This document shows positions 1-15,300 of a stretch of 64,000 nucleotides of DNA, one piece after another. The translations under genes were made by a program, and so were the position numbers. Origin of the DNA: Perna viridis (taxonomy: Eukaryota); the NCBI GenBank assembly GCA_037379345.1, contig CM074512.1:25916001-25980000 (forward strand). Direction: 5' to 3'. The notes beneath the pieces are model-generated. The model worked only from the letters and a program-made list of their open reading frames with translations, was not told the DNA's origin and made no database searches. Numbering within the stretch: the stretch's first letter is position 1; every line of letters starts with the position of its first letter.

Positions 1-222
1 GAAATGCATTCAAACTACTACTTTACATGTTCTGCAGTAGGGTTAAGTTTTCTGGAAACAGGTGTCCTTAAAAAAAGTTTATTTTGTTGTCACCAATCAA
101 GTAACCCTGTAGTTTATCAGTAGGTGGACCAAGTTCCATAAAACTGACCAATTCTCCATCCCTGCATTGTTATCCCTTTCTTCAATGCTCAGCTCTGTTA
201 TTTATTTCCTTTGAAATATTAG

Positions 223-370
223 GGGTGATGAAGACCATATTAATAACTATGTTAAACCAGAGTTATTGAAGAAGATAATGACCACCTATCCACATGAGTT
301 TAAGAATGATGATCTTGCTAGGAACCAATGTAGAGACAGAATTGTAGCAAGTGTACTCTACTCTATCAGG
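223..370 (+). CDS. TRPS exon (first in window, MHR region)
   Basis: ag/..../gtaagt; GDEDHINNYVKPELLKK...SVLYSIR. Confidence 0.8.
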
Positions 371-3300
371 GTAAGTACCTATGCCATTGTACCTATGAAG
401 CTCCAAAGATTTTCATTAAAACTACTGACAATAATTTTATAGTTTTAATATGAATATTACTACTGGAACATATTAGCAGTGATAGTGAAGTCTTGGTAGA
501 TGAGTTATAGCAAATATGAATATTACTACTGGAACATATTAGCAGTGATAGTGAAGTCTTGGTAGATTAGCATCTTAAGATTCCTATCAGAATTGTATAG
601 TTTATTGCAGTTTACAATTCTACAAGAAATCGATGTCAAACTATTATTGTGTGTATTAAAGTAAGATACAGGTCAAATAACTGATTATTGTTAATTCTAT
701 AATGATCTTTTTCTCACTATGTCAGAAACCAATGCTGTGTCTAATACTAAATTATGACTTGAAATCAGATAATGGTCCAGTTTGAATATAGAGTCAATAA
801 TTGATGAATTTAGGCTTCCTTTTTGGTACGTTGGGCATTTTAAGCATCCCGAACTTACTTATTTATATCTCAAGTTAGGTCTCTGATATTGGTATGTGAT
901 TTTTTTGTTTGTTTGTGAAGTTAACAGAATGTAGGAGGAAATCCCACAGGAAATTAATGATATTGTGCACAAAAATCTCATAATTTAGGATCAGTTGTAA
1001 AAATTGGAATCTCCCATTGAGAGCAGTTAGGGACCATAAATTTTTGATCTGAAAAGTTTAAACTTACATGTCTCATCACATCTTGATTATTGAAATCAAA
1101 TTATTATAGAATGCAAAGAAATGTTGTATTACAATGCTTGGAAAGAACACATAAAATAAGACAATTTCAAATACTGTAAAGTTATTAATTTTCACAGTTG
1201 TGTATTCTCGCAGCATGGTTTCATACCACAAAAGGAAGATTGTTATTGATTTTTGGGGTTATGTCCCCAACTGTTAAGGATTTAAGGACAAAACAGGGCC
1301 AAAAAGACTCATTTCTTAGACTTTTTAAACTGTATAACTCACTTTCATTCAACATTGTTTCCTAATAAAAGTTCAGCTGTATAAAGTTTGAATATATTGT
1401 TCATAATTGTTCAGGTATGACTTTTACAGTTGAATCAAGCTGCACCTTACAAAGTAATTAGTTTTGAAATGGACACATTTTTCAGTTGAAAAACTCAAAT
1501 AAAATATCTAAAATTTAATTGTAGGAGGAGCAAAACTTCTTGACGGTTTTGGACATTGACCGTGACAATAGTGGTTTAAAGAATTTGAATAAATATATTC
1601 TGCTGGCATTATTTGAATGTAAGTATTACTAATTAGAAGGTAAATATGTATTTTGCTGCCATTATTTTTTATTTGTGAGTTTCATAAGTATAATAGGAAA
1701 TGTCACTACAAAAAGTATTCTTGTATGAGGATTGAGATGTCATCTGTGAGATAAAGACCACTTCCAAATATTTAATTTCGATATAATAAAAAGTATTGCT
1801 TTAGTTTTACAATGAGTTTAAATATTCTCTTGTATAATGACTGCTGGCAGTGCTGCATTTTGAATGAAAGCACAATGGAGAATCATGACAAAAACAGCTT
1901 TGTACTTGTACTATCTGTTATTCAATGATGAGCTCACTTCTGAAGGTTTATTTTATAAACATTACAAATATAATTTGATAAGTGTAATATTATTTTATAG
2001 CTCAAGAACCAAAGAAGGGAACAATGTTCCAGTATCAGCTACAACGTAACCTAAAGCTCACACTAGATTGGAATAGACATGATTTAGCTGTCAGTAGGAT
2101 ATTTCAGAAATATGACTGGTTTAGAATCAAGGTATACCACATCTTTTTGTAGTTCCAGTTAATTAGTGCCTAATGATAAATAAGCTACTCTATGTTTAAG
2201 ACACTGCAGTTATCTCAGTATAAGACAATAGTATATGTGTGGGATTAGCTCTTTAACATGACATGTATAAGTAATTTCTAATTGTGATTCCATCTTTATC
2301 AGCTGAGATATCCCATTGAAAATATTAGTTACTACACAGCAATTTCAGTGGAATGCACACTAATAACTATACCAGGCCTTCTTAGATGCAAGTAAGGCAT
2401 CAGTATGGCCAGTAGGTGCACGACAGCTATTGAGAGGTCTAAAAGAAGCATTTACATTGATATATTTACACTAGAGTTGAGGTTTTGTTGGTATCAAGTT
2501 AGATTCTGATAATATTATAATACCCAAACTTTGTTCTTATGTCTGATTTTCACACTTTTTTAACAAATTTCTAATCTTCTACTGTATGGTAATTTTTTTT
2601 GTCTGAAATATATATGGCTTTGCTATGGTGACTCTCTTTTTTAAGCTTTCTGCAATCTACTTCCTGTTTACAATGCAACTAAAAATTTTCATGATAGCTG
2701 TTAACAAGTGCAACTTTTTATGTATGCTGAGTATAAGTGCAACTTCTTGTTTTCTTGAAGTTTTAAATTATACATGTACTCTTCTGGCAATATTGTGAGA
2801 ACAAAATTGGTGATTTCAGTTTTGAATGTATGGTAACATGCATGCAGTTTATTATTATACCCCCATTTGCAAATAGGGGTAAGTGGTGATGAAGGTATCT
2901 GTTCTTTCTTCTTTCCTTCTTTCCTTCCATTACATAAAGGGGGCCATCTTTTATTCATGACTCCTCCTATACAACTGAATGGAATTAAATGAAACTTTCA
3001 CAGAATTTTTATTACATATTCCCATTGTGCATCCTATTTCAGAGGTGGAGTTTGGGTACCAGTCGTAATGCTCACAGTTTTTGTAGTTTTATACAATCAT
3101 TGATAAGAACAGCCCTATTGGAAGGAGGCCTATTATACTTTTGATGTGTACATAAGACCTACTGACATATGCCAGTTTTGTGGATAATATTAAGAAACCT
3201 CTTGTTAGGAGCATGATGTGGGAAATAATTTATTTGAGCTGTTTGATATGGTCAAGTCACTACAGAAGTTTTATGGTCGTTATCATGAACTCGTGGATCA

Positions 3301-6300
3301 TTATGGTGTATCCATCAGCACCATGAAAACTGATTTATTCAACGGGTCATAGTTTTCCTTCCCTTGTTTGTCTACCCCGGACTTGACTTTTTATGAACAA
3401 CTCGGCGGGTGTTTCTAGAAAAGCAGAGGACGCTTACCCTACTGGTGCACCTGGTCCATGCTACCAATTTTTAGTGGAGTCCGAGTTGCTCATTTGCTTT
3501 TGTTACTTTGTATGTGTGATTTTGGTTGCTTTGTGTTCTTTGTTGTGTGAGTCTGTTTTCCATGTCTGGTCTTTGTCCCTGGATTACATTCTTTTGATTA
3601 CCACTGTAACCTTGGTTCGCTTGATTACTCTTTATGTACTGTGAAAGAAAATAGTTAAAATGACATAAAAATGTAAGAGAATTTTTAGTGCTAAGTACAA
3701 GTGTTGTTTACAGGTCACTCCTTCTCTGTTAGACCTAGCCATGATAAAGAAAGATAGACACAAGTTTGTAGAGCTCTTCCTTGATAAAGATGCTGTAGAA
3801 TTACATAAATACTTTACTCACAAGAAGTTACTTTATCTGATCAATAACTTTGAAGACTCTGAATTCTTTAGAACAATGTGTCTTGGGGAGATGCTGGGAT
3901 ATTCACCGGTGAGTTCTATGGTATCTTCTTTTTATAAGAACTGTAAATAGAAAGACAAAATGAATAAATGGCTTACACAATAATTACTGCATGATATAAA
4001 TATGTAACAAATCACATGCACCATTTGAAAAAAATTAGTCAGTAACCAATAATCACAGAGTCATGAAACTGGTAATTTAACCATTTAAAATAATTTGGGA
4101 ATATCAGACTGAAAAAAATAATACAATATAGAAATTTATCTTTGAAAAGATTTAAAAATCTCAATTTAAACTACTTGTCCTCTGCCAAGACTGTTCTACT
4201 TAGAGTTGAAAAAAAAAATAAATTCAAGTACAATGTAGTAACTTCAAGTTTTGTAGTCTTTATATTCTACTTTGATTTCAACTTCAGTGACAACTTGAAT
4301 AAATATTGGTTCACTCTAATTTTTCTGAAATAAAATAGAGGTTTGTGATCAATGTTTCATTAAATTAATATTTAAATAATGATGCAGATTTCAGATTACC
4401 CAGTTGGTAAGAGGTTTGTAAATGGGGAAAGATCTGATTTCAACAAACTTCTGTACAAAGCCACCCACATGTCTGGTTTAGGTACCTTCACAGATGTTGA
4501 CAAACTAGAGACCACAGATATCAATGTAGCTACACTAGCTATAGCAGAAAGGAAGGTAATGTTTTTCATTATTTTTCTCTTTCATGCTTGATATTCCTTT
4601 ATTTATGGCTGTCTATTTCAAATAAGATGTAAAGTAAATCAATTTAGTTTTACATACATATTTCAGACATTATTTTGTCTGCTTTATAATGGATTTCTTG
4701 GAATTCTGCTTTTTTTCAAATCCTGGATTAACCATTTATGTTTTTTCTTCTTTTATATTTACTGTGGGTTTCAGCAATATCTGCCTTTTTGTTGGCTTTG
4801 TAAAATCATGTCTGGTATTTACTGTGAAAGTATTTTTGCTTGTGGGATATCAATTTTCGTAGTTTTCATGGGTTTGCTAAACCATGAAATTTGATGCCCA
4901 AAGGAAAAGAAAATATCCCATTTGTTTATATTGTAAAAGTGTCAAATCCATGAATTCAAGAATCTACGAACTGATGGTTTTCCCCTAAACTACGAATATT
5001 AGTACCCATGAATTAAAGTACTTCCACAGTAAGCAATTTTTGATGTCTCAATTGAAGTTCAAATATATATCTGTGAAAGTACTCATCTAAATATGTTTGA
5101 TTTTTTTCATCTTGATTGAGTTTATATACTTATATACTTAAAACAGTGGGGGAACATTTAAAAAAAAACAAAGTAGGAATGTTGTTGATTCAGACTCCTA
5201 GGAGATACCATGAAAATGACTGTCAGATTATTTTTTTTCTTTGTATTGTATTTAATAAACTCAATTAAATTGTGTAAGTGTTTCATGGTGTTGTATTATG
5301 TTCATTTTATTTTTATAGACAATAAAATGTTTAAGTAGAGTGTTTTTTTTTGTGTGATTATCTTGCACCATGTGTATTTCATTCTGCTGACTAAAAATGT
5401 GCCTGACCTGGCTAGATGATGCCAAGAAATATCCCAGAAATTTTTCAATTATCAAACCATAAATATAATAACCGTGAATTCTGAAACTAATTACTAATAA
5501 CTTAACATAAAAGAATGGATAAGAATATACTTGATACAAGAAAATATCATCCTCCTTGACAGACTATGCTGTACTCAATACCTCGTAAATTAATATACCA
5601 TCTCACATGCTAATATTTTACTGTCCAGGTAAAGTATACCTATATAAAGACTTAGCATGAATAATACAACAATTAAACACCGGCAAACATTTACTGTAAT
5701 TGTACTTATTTCCACGAATTTTGCTGCCATGCACTGTCCGCAAAAATAAGTACATATGAAAGAAATTTCTACCTTTATTCTTTACACAAAAACCACACTT
5801 TTTCTGAAAATAAGTACAGTTACTGTTATTTGACATATTGTAATGAACCATTTCTTGTTTTATTTAGGCCATAAACATATTAGTTTTTTGGGCAGCATTA
5901 AATTATGATACAGAATTAACCAAGACTCTGTGGAAAAAGACAGAGGAGCCCATGGCTATGTCAATGATTGTCAGCATGCTGTGGCATAATATGGCAAAAA
6001 GATGGTGTCCTGATGTTGACCTTAAGAGAAGACTCTTGAAATCTTCAAGGTATTATTTTCATGAGAGTTTATGAAATACCTATAAAGTATTATGAAATGT
6101 GACTTATTTAGTTATCTGTTGTGATTTACTTTATCATTGGTTGATTAGATCACAGTATCACTTAAATATTTTTGATATGGACTTGGTATTTCTATTCTAC
6201 TGAAAAGTCACTTTGAAACATGACTATGTTTGTTGTAACTTCCTTTAAAATAGAAACTTCAGGTCTGTATAATATTTATACCCCCCTTTATTAGGGAGTG

Positions 6301-9300
6301 GGCTGTCTTGTCCATCCCTCAGCTTCTATTGGAGGTAATGCTTATTTGGTTTATTGATTTTGCTATTTACAGTGTCTCCACATTCCAGGATACTTACTTA
6401 TCCTCTTTCTGTTTATCATACAACTTAGTAATTTATAGGTGATGCATAGTGGATTTTTTTTCTAAACAGATTTCTCAGCTTCTACTGGAGGTACTATTTA
6501 GATATTTGGTACACCACTTTAACCAAGTCTCCCCCTTTGAAGTTTTTTGCATATCTTATTCCTATTTACCGTGCAACTTAATAACTGTAATAAATTCATT
6601 TTTGGTAATGGTATACATGGTATACATATATTATAATAGTTGTTTAATGCATTCTTAGCATGATTTAGCATGCAACATCGTGTTACTATATAAAGATCAA
6701 CAGATCCATATTATAGTAAATCAATATGTCAATCGTCGTATGAAGTTAAGTACAGGCTGGTTAAAGTGATGTCAGAATTAAGTAATTTCTTGATATATTT
6801 CATTTAGTAGGCCATTTTTGTCAGATTTTTGGACTCCTCTGGTTTTATCCATTTCATAGCATTAATATTTTTTGCCTAGTGACACACAGTTTTCTTAACA
6901 TAATTTCATTAAAAACACCTTAAAATGTTATTTGGGAAGTTTCCTGAAATTCTTGTTACTCCTTCAGTGTTTTAATCAATTAAACCTACTAAGCCAAAAC
7001 CTATGGTAAATCAAAGAATCTTTTTCCCTCCAAAATTTCAAAAGCTTGTATCTAAAAAAAAACAGCAACAATGACCCATCTGGTTTTTTTTCTTATATCA
7101 TTCTAGCATGAAAGATCAGAAAATATTTCACAATCTTTTGAAATCCTTGCTATTTTGATGAAGTTTTTAAGAGGTAATCTGGTAAATGTCATATGTAGAT
7201 GTGCTGTATCTTATGCCTGCAAATGGGGATATTCCATCTTGAAGGTATTACATGTTAAAACTTTTGAAGTGCAGACTGTTATGGATTTTGAGGAAATTTA
7301 TATTGGGAGACTAGGTATTGTATGTAGATGTGCATGAAGGAAGATAACTATTGTCTGATGTCTGTAAAACAAGATAATCCAACATGAGGGTTTTACTTGT
7401 TTTAAAGTTTTGTTAGCACAAACGATATTAAACCCCCTAAACTTTGTATAAATTTTATTGGAAGGTTAGGCATCATATATAGATGTGCACGAAGGGGGAT
7501 AACTATTATCCAATGCCTTCAAAGGCATCAAAACCAAGTGACCTGTTTAAACCTGATAAGTGCAACTCCTTCTGAACAACCATATGGATTTTGTTGAAAT
7601 CTTACTGACTGGATAGGCATCATATGTTGATGTGCTTGAGGGAAAATATTAATTGCCTGATATCTGCAAAAGGAAAGAATCCAACTTAAAAGATTTGATA
7701 TGATTTTAGTCCAATTGAATCAGTGTAAATTCTACTTGTGAGCTTGATCACCGTCTATTTAGTTTATGTTCTTTATTATCACTCATAGCTATTTTTATTT
7801 AGGGAGTTTGGTGAGCTTGCTGTAAAATTGCTGGATTACAGTTACAAAGATTCTAATATAAACACCATAGCTTTGCTTGACAAGAAGCTTGGAGACTTCA
7901 ACAACAAAACCATTGTAGAGCTGGCTCATTTTGCAAAGAACAGACATTTTATTGCCCACTATATCTGTCAGAAATGGCTCAATAGGCGATGGTTTGGAAA
8001 TTTGCTGATCAAAAAGTATGACTGGGGACCTATTAAGATCCCTAACTGGGTGAAGGTAAGCCTTTTCATTTGGCCCTATGTTTGTTTCATTATGTGCTTG
8101 TATAGAAGATTGCTGATTATACCCCCACTCAACAAGGTGGTGGTAAATTGGAAGCATTCTGTCTATCCATCATTCAGCCCCGCCAAAGTTCGTTGCAATT
8201 ATCATCACAGTTTCTAATAAAATGATTGATTTTAAATTTAGTGTGTGGCTTTATGTAGATGGGGCATATGTTGTAAGCCATTTTGGGTGCTTTCATATAT
8301 CAACTTCCAGTTTCATAGAATATTGCCATTTTTTATAACAGTATATGGAATGATAAAAATCGTTTTGGAGTTAAATGGGTACATGGGCCATGCCCTAAAA
8401 TATCAACTTTTTTTTTTTGCCAAATTTTGAAAATTACATTTTTTTATTGGATTCTTTATAAAAATCCCTGCATAGGAATTGAATATATTTAAAGGGATCA
8501 ATTTTTATGGTTTCAAAAAATGATTAGCATTATATAGTGTTAAAATTCAATTTTTCAGGGTCTTTTTTTTCACACATCTCTGCCCGTGGAGAAAAAAATG
8601 AAACTGCTGCACGTTAACTTTTATATCTATAGAAATATGGTGAGATTGCCATTTTGCCAGAATCTTTCAGGCTTAAATAGCACCAGGATCATTGTGTATT
8701 ATTGAAAGAGGATATATAAAGAACACATCATTAACTGCAACTCATTGTATCAAAGAAACCACTTTTGACAAAGAATAATGTTTGGTTGTTTAATTTTTTA
8801 ACCTGCTGAAATGGTTCTTGTACTTAAAAAAGAAAGAAAAAGTAAGAGCAATGTAATGTGAAAATGATATTCCTTGACAACATATTTTGACATGTAAACA
8901 ATATTCTAAAGTAATCCATTTCCAGAGTTATATTTGTTTTATATTCTTGCAGATATACATGAGTTTGATGCTAATCTTTCCTATGTTTATTTGGATTGAT
9001 TATGATTTGGCTGACAGGAAGAGAAGGAGGAAGATAATTGAAGGTAAATTATTTATGACTATTGTAAATAACAGGTGTCAGTAAATAAAGTGATATGTGT
9101 TAATTTATTGTTTTGGTTTGGTTGCCATGTGTACCCATAACTATTGATTCCTGTACATGTAATTTATAATGTAGAGTTGTGTGCTGTTTTAGAATACCCA
9201 GTAATTCTTTGTTAACACATTCAGCAAGTTTGACTTTCCTTTAACAACCTGATAATTGTTATAAAAAGTGGTTGAAATAATTTCCCAAGTAATTTAAATC

Positions 9301-12300
9301 ATAATGAAATTTATCATTCAATGCATTTCTAATTTTGATTGAAATTGGTTTGTTTGTGATAAGAAAGTAATGTTTCATTTTAAAAACAACACAGTTGAAT
9401 GATGGTATGTATTGAACTTCTGTAACCCTAGTAACCAAAGCACAGATTTTAGTATGAATATGTATAGTTAAATCTTCTTACTTTGTCCAATAGAAACTTT
9501 GTTTTTAATTTCTGTTCCTTCATATTGGTCTGTTCAACTTTAATTAAACGAAACACGTGTAAGGTACTTTAGTTTCATCCTTGTAGCACCCCCTACAAAA
9601 AAAGGGAAAAAAAGAAAAAATGTATAACTTACAAATTTGATCTGTTGTGATATATTTCCACTGCTATAAATATTATGTAGAAATCTTAACATAATCCAAA
9701 CAGGTGTAAATATATCTCAATAAGGTGTCCTTTCCTTTTCTTTTATCTGAAGTAGAATCAGTTGATGCTAAAATACAATTAAAATTTGAAGTGTTTAACT
9801 TGATGACATGCAGGTATTTCAAATAAACATTCAAAATTTTTTAGAACTAAAAAATTTTAAATCTTTTGAAATTGGGTATCTTCAGTCATAATTATAAGTT
9901 ACAAAACTGTGAATTATTTTTGCACATTTATAGACACCAGTAATGAAAAATACCCAAAATGGTATGGTTTCTTTTATAATGTATAAAATACCCATTCCAA
10001 AGTGGTGTGGCTTCTTTTTATAATGTACATAATTTGTTTGTCAAATTAGACCAGCTTTGTGGTAAGTAGTCCTCACTTAAATTGTAACACAAAAATTATG
10101 ATAGATTGTATATCAGTAACTGTGGTGGTTTTAAATATTTTATCTGTACTATAACCTTGGTTCCCTTGATTAATCTTTCAAATGGAGGACTGTTCATTTT
10201 TTTTCAGTCCATCACCATGCCATTATTTCATTTTGATTTAAAATGCTTTACAATGTCTACCACATTACCTGAATATAGCTGAAATATTGCTGCTCAGGCA
10301 TTAAACCCCAATAGTCAATGTCTACCACTGTAATAGGACTGTACTTCATGAGAGAAGATGACTGATTAAACAATCTCATTAAAAACAGTCAAAATCTTGT
10401 TTGCATCTTTGTTAAAATATCCTTTGAATTTCTATTTATCATGACTTCTACCCTGTTAATATTCTCACTTACACACTTATTTCAATTTTGCACTTTAATT
10501 TTTTAATGCATTGGTAATGAGAACTAATTTTTCAGGATTAATAGTTTGTACATGCCTGTTTTTGATGGACATAAATTATAATGGTATACTGTTTGTCTGT
10601 GAGTCCATCTTGTCTGTCTTCTGTCTGTCCACCCATTCATTGGTCTTTTGTCTACAAGTAGTCTACAATAACCATAAAGCATAAAGAAATTTTAATAATG
10701 GTATAACGTTTGTCCTCAGGAACTGAAGATCTATTTTGTTCTTCATTTGTTTCCCATTTTTTTGTGTGTGTCAATGTTATGATAATTTAAACACTGAACA
10801 CTGCAACAAAATTAAGGGACTTGATATATAGTGTGATGAAACACAATGTTTTATTACAATTTTGAATAATAAAAGTACATTTTTTTTTAAAGAAACTTTG
10901 ATATTTAAAAAATAAAAGATTTACATTTGTATTCCAGCAAATGAAATCCATCTATTCATATAAATTGCTGTTATATAAATAAATCTTAAAATGTGTCCAT
11001 GGACAATCCTTAACAATCTTTTAGTCAATTTGAAAAAAAAGTTTGATCTCAGATTAATTGCAACAGAAGATATTTTCCAATGGGATTTTCTATTGAACAA
11101 GGGATACAGTTCTAGCTAAAACCTATGTTTTTGTAGATTTTTAAAATATCGTATTCCCACTTTCAAATATTGTATCCCCACTTAAAAAGTGGATAGTGTA
11201 CAGGAATCAACTTGTCATTCTATCTGTCCATCCATCTGTTATCCTGTCCATCTGAACTTAGTTGCATTTATCTCAACTTTCAATGGATGGGTTGATGTCA
11301 AGTTTGATATGTAGCTTTACATTAATGGGACATACATTATAAGACATTTCAATTACCTTAGTTTGTTGGGTGGGAGTTAATTTATGAAGTAATAGTGCAA
11401 AGATGGCTGTCATCGACATTGCAGCAGAGTCCTATCTTCATTCCATAATATTACCCGGGACTTTTCCATTTTTCAATACATGAATATGGAATGATAGAAA
11501 AAAAATTTGTCAGAAAAATGTTGGTGTCCACTGAAGAGACTGATTTCTTATGTGGTACTATGAAATTACTTGAATTCGTGGAAACCAATTTTTGTGGATA
11601 AGGGAAGAAACACAAGCTTGTGGATTCTTGAATTCGTGGTTTTGAGGTTTTCAGTATACAAATCATTGGAAATCTCCTTTTTGTTGGGAACCAAACTTTG
11701 TGGTTTAGTCTACTCAAGAAAACCACAGAAATTATAACCCCATGAACAATAGTACTCACACAATATATGGCTATATTGATTGGGTATATGTTGTAAGTAT
11801 CTTCGGTTGCTGTCCAATATCATCTCCTTGTGTGAGTGGGTGTATACCTGACAGGACAATACATGCAACTTCATATTTTCTTCCTCTGCTTGTCAGGATT
11901 GATATTTAGTTGGACTAAATGGCATAATTTGATGTTTATTAACACAATTTTATTTGTACCGGTAGTTTGATTTTTTTGACAAATTTTATCCCTCAGAATA
12001 TGTGAATTTTGAACCGTATTATGATTTAGAAAAAAAATAGTGAAAATGTATTTTTTCTTTCAATAATATCAATTATTTCTTCTTGGTTAAAAAAATCTGT
12101 GAATTTTTCTAATATTTATCATTTGACAATATCTCGATATCCTATAATTTATGGAAAAGAGTATTTTAAGAGAGAAAATTAAATTAAGAACTTGAAAAAA
12201 ATAGCAAACCTCTGTAATTATATTTATAGATATTTTTACTTAACATGTCTTACTGACATATTTTGCATTAAAAAAAAAAACAGTATTTATTATTTTCTTG

Positions 12301-15300
12301 TGGTCTTGATAAAAATTCCTGCAGTTTTTTAAGAGTTATTCCCCTTATTGGATAAAGAATCCGAGAGGAATTTTGAAATTCTACTTATAATATCACCTAC
12401 TGTTGGATTTTTGTATGATATATTCCAGCAAATTACTATAAAACTATCTTCTGTTGTTGGGATCAGTTTGAAGAGAGGGTCAACAAAATGTGCTTTGCTT
12501 CACTGGCAATGCCTTTCTTATATTAAATACTTAACTAAGATTAGACATTTAAAAAAAAAAACAAATCTTATACTCACAGACAGAACAGATAAAATGTGGA
12601 CTATTCTTGGACCACAATATTCGGTAGATAAATCGTGTAATTAAAAAGAATCAATTTATTATTAGCTTGAGTACCTGTTTCAGATCCCCACAATCATGCT
12701 GAAGATAATGCTGTTACTAATGAGGAACATCGTAGTTTGATTAATTACTATAATCATAGAGGTAGCTCAGTAATTCTCCTCCTGCTAGGCCATTTCTTAA
12801 TCAGTAGTTATGACAAATCTTTTTTCTTTCAGAATTAAATTGTTTTAACTTGTAAGCTAGCAAGAATGTATCAATAAACTTGTCATTGAATGTACATGTA
12901 CTTGGATAACCATACAAGATTATGATATCATGGATAACGAGCTTGGGTGTTTGGGCAAAAGAGTTTGGCCAAAATTTCAATAGTAGAGTCATATCAGTAT
13001 ATTTTGCTATACTAATTAAAGATGTCGTCCAATAAGCCAGATTTTTATGCAGTATTAATGTGATTCAATGTGTTTAAATGGATTATTACATTAAGTACAT
13101 GTATTGAGGTAAATGTTGCTGAGCTTGTTTTTGAGTGAATTGTAAGCATTCAGATTATTATTTCCCTTTCTATTTCTTTGGTGTATATAAACATCTTCAT
13201 TGATTCGATCTTGCATGTTGATTATTTGTTATATTATTCACCATATGGAATACTCAGAATTTATTGATGCTGGTACTTTATAACCATCAGCTTTTTGCTA
13301 GCTGAAAAGATGCTGAAAAGTGATATATTGAGCTTTCTGTTCTGGGATATGCTTAAGCCTGCTACTAGAATATTATGTGAAGACCAATTATTTTTTTTTT
13401 TCTAGTATGTAATTTTTTTCCTACTTGATCAAAAGCTGTTACTGATTGACTTATTAATCATCAACTTGTAATAATATTACATTGAGCATAAATGCATTTA
13501 CTGGTTTGACAGATTTAATTTGTAAAATTTATTCAGATATGTCTATTTTAAAAGCATCTTTTGCAACATCTTTTAAATGAAATATGCAAGTAGTAAATGG
13601 TTAATCTTAATGCTTTCTTTATTGCTGGACTTGTTTTCTCCATTAAACAATTAGACAAGTATGATGGATATATTATATATTATCTGCCAAGTTGCTAAAT
13701 TATTAACCCTTTATCATACCTACGAAGGTGCAGTGCTGTAATTCAGTGTTGTCATATATTATAATCTATAAGCCACTGCAGTTTATTAATTCCATTTTAA
13801 TTGCTTAATAAAAATAGATTTTACACAACTGTGCATGTTTAGTCCATTCTAGCTTGAGAACAGTTAAATGCTTAGTGCTATCATTATATCATTAGAGAAT
13901 AACCAGAATTAAAATGATTTTAATAAGACTGGTTCTTTCTCTTGCCATGAAGTAGATATAATTCCTTGAATTTTGTTTGTAGATGACCTAGAAGAACAAA
14001 AGACTGATTCTTATCCTTCAAAGTACACCCCTGTGTTTGTTGATGATTGGGTAGGTTAAAAGACTTCTTGCTGCCAGTTAGATATTATTTTTGTTGACAA
14101 TTTATCTGCGCTTATTTTGAGAAATGTATAAAAACAACATGAAAATAAAATGTTGCAAATAAGGCCCCTTATTATGGAAAACAAGGTCAAGAGAGTGTTT
14201 GTTGGGAAGTTGAAGATTGAATTGATATCATGAAATGTGGAAATAAGTATCATTGAAAATGAGTTCGTTTTCAGTAGTTACACTGTGATAGTCAATGAAT
14301 CGAGGGCAATACAGCTTATTGTAGGCATCAATATTTTTACAGTATGGTAGAGTTGTAACACACACAACACAAAGTTTTAGATGATGTAACCAACAAAAAT
14401 CATTTCATTTCAATTATACATAGTGTCAGGTTTTATTATTAGACAAATGATGAAATTATGATAAAATAATAGGTATGTAGCTGTTTGTCTGTTTGATTTT
14501 TTTTATATGGATTTTATTTCACACAAAGTGACATGGTATTATAAAATTAGTATTATTACTAAATTGTCCAACAGATGCTCAATTTTTTGGGTGTGTAGAA
14601 AATTATAGATTAAATTTTGATTTGTCACGGTATTACATGTATATTTACCTCAGATTGTAAAGCCATCATCCACTATGATGTATAAGATGAAGAATGTATG
14701 GCATTACAGTAAAGAGAGATTTAAGGTTCCTATTCACCTACAATTTTACTACCTGTGGAGTGCACCTATTACTAAGTTTTGGCTCAACCAGGTAAGGAAA
14801 CATCTTTCAAGGTACTGTTATATGAAGTAAAATGAATATGCAGTCTACAAAGTCCATTTATACAAAATCAGATAAAGATTAGGTCAAGGCAGATAGATTT
14901 TAAAAAATACCTTCTTTCAAGATGCATCTGCATTTAATCCCTGATTTGTCACTGTGACTTTTGATCAGACTGAATCAAATTCTTAGTGATCTGTATGTCC
15001 TGAGTGGAGCAATGTTACAATAACAGTGTTCTTTGATAGTGAGTTTTGAATACTGTGAATTTTAGTAATAATTGTGATGTACTAGTATACATAACTGTTG
15101 AGTTATCATTGAGTTTTTTATGCTATATGTAAACTGACGTTATTGTCCCCCCCGACACCTCTTTTTTTGTACTGCTCCTACCAAAGAAGTTTGTTTTTGG
15201 CATGTAGTCTTATTAAGAAGAATTACAGAATAAGTTCGACTCTAGTTATGGTTGAATGATTTTTACAGAAGTTATGGCCCTTGGACTTAGAAAATTTCAG

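Noticed and set aside
3393-3644. Similar ORFs MNNSAGVSRKAEDAYP... here, at 34367-34738 and at 35567-35749, resembling a small-protein family
   Set aside because: They are chance frames in the non-coding 3' module of the Penelope-like repeat, and the copies differ by indels
7795-8157. Minus-strand ORFs overlapping exons (also 53493-53834, 56054-56269, 40359-40685)
   Set aside because: Antisense shadows of real + strand exons with no recognisable protein features
9753-9961. Candidate extra exons 9753-9813 and 9934-9961 in the long TRPS intron
   Set aside because: Phases are incompatible with neighbouring exons and introduce stops
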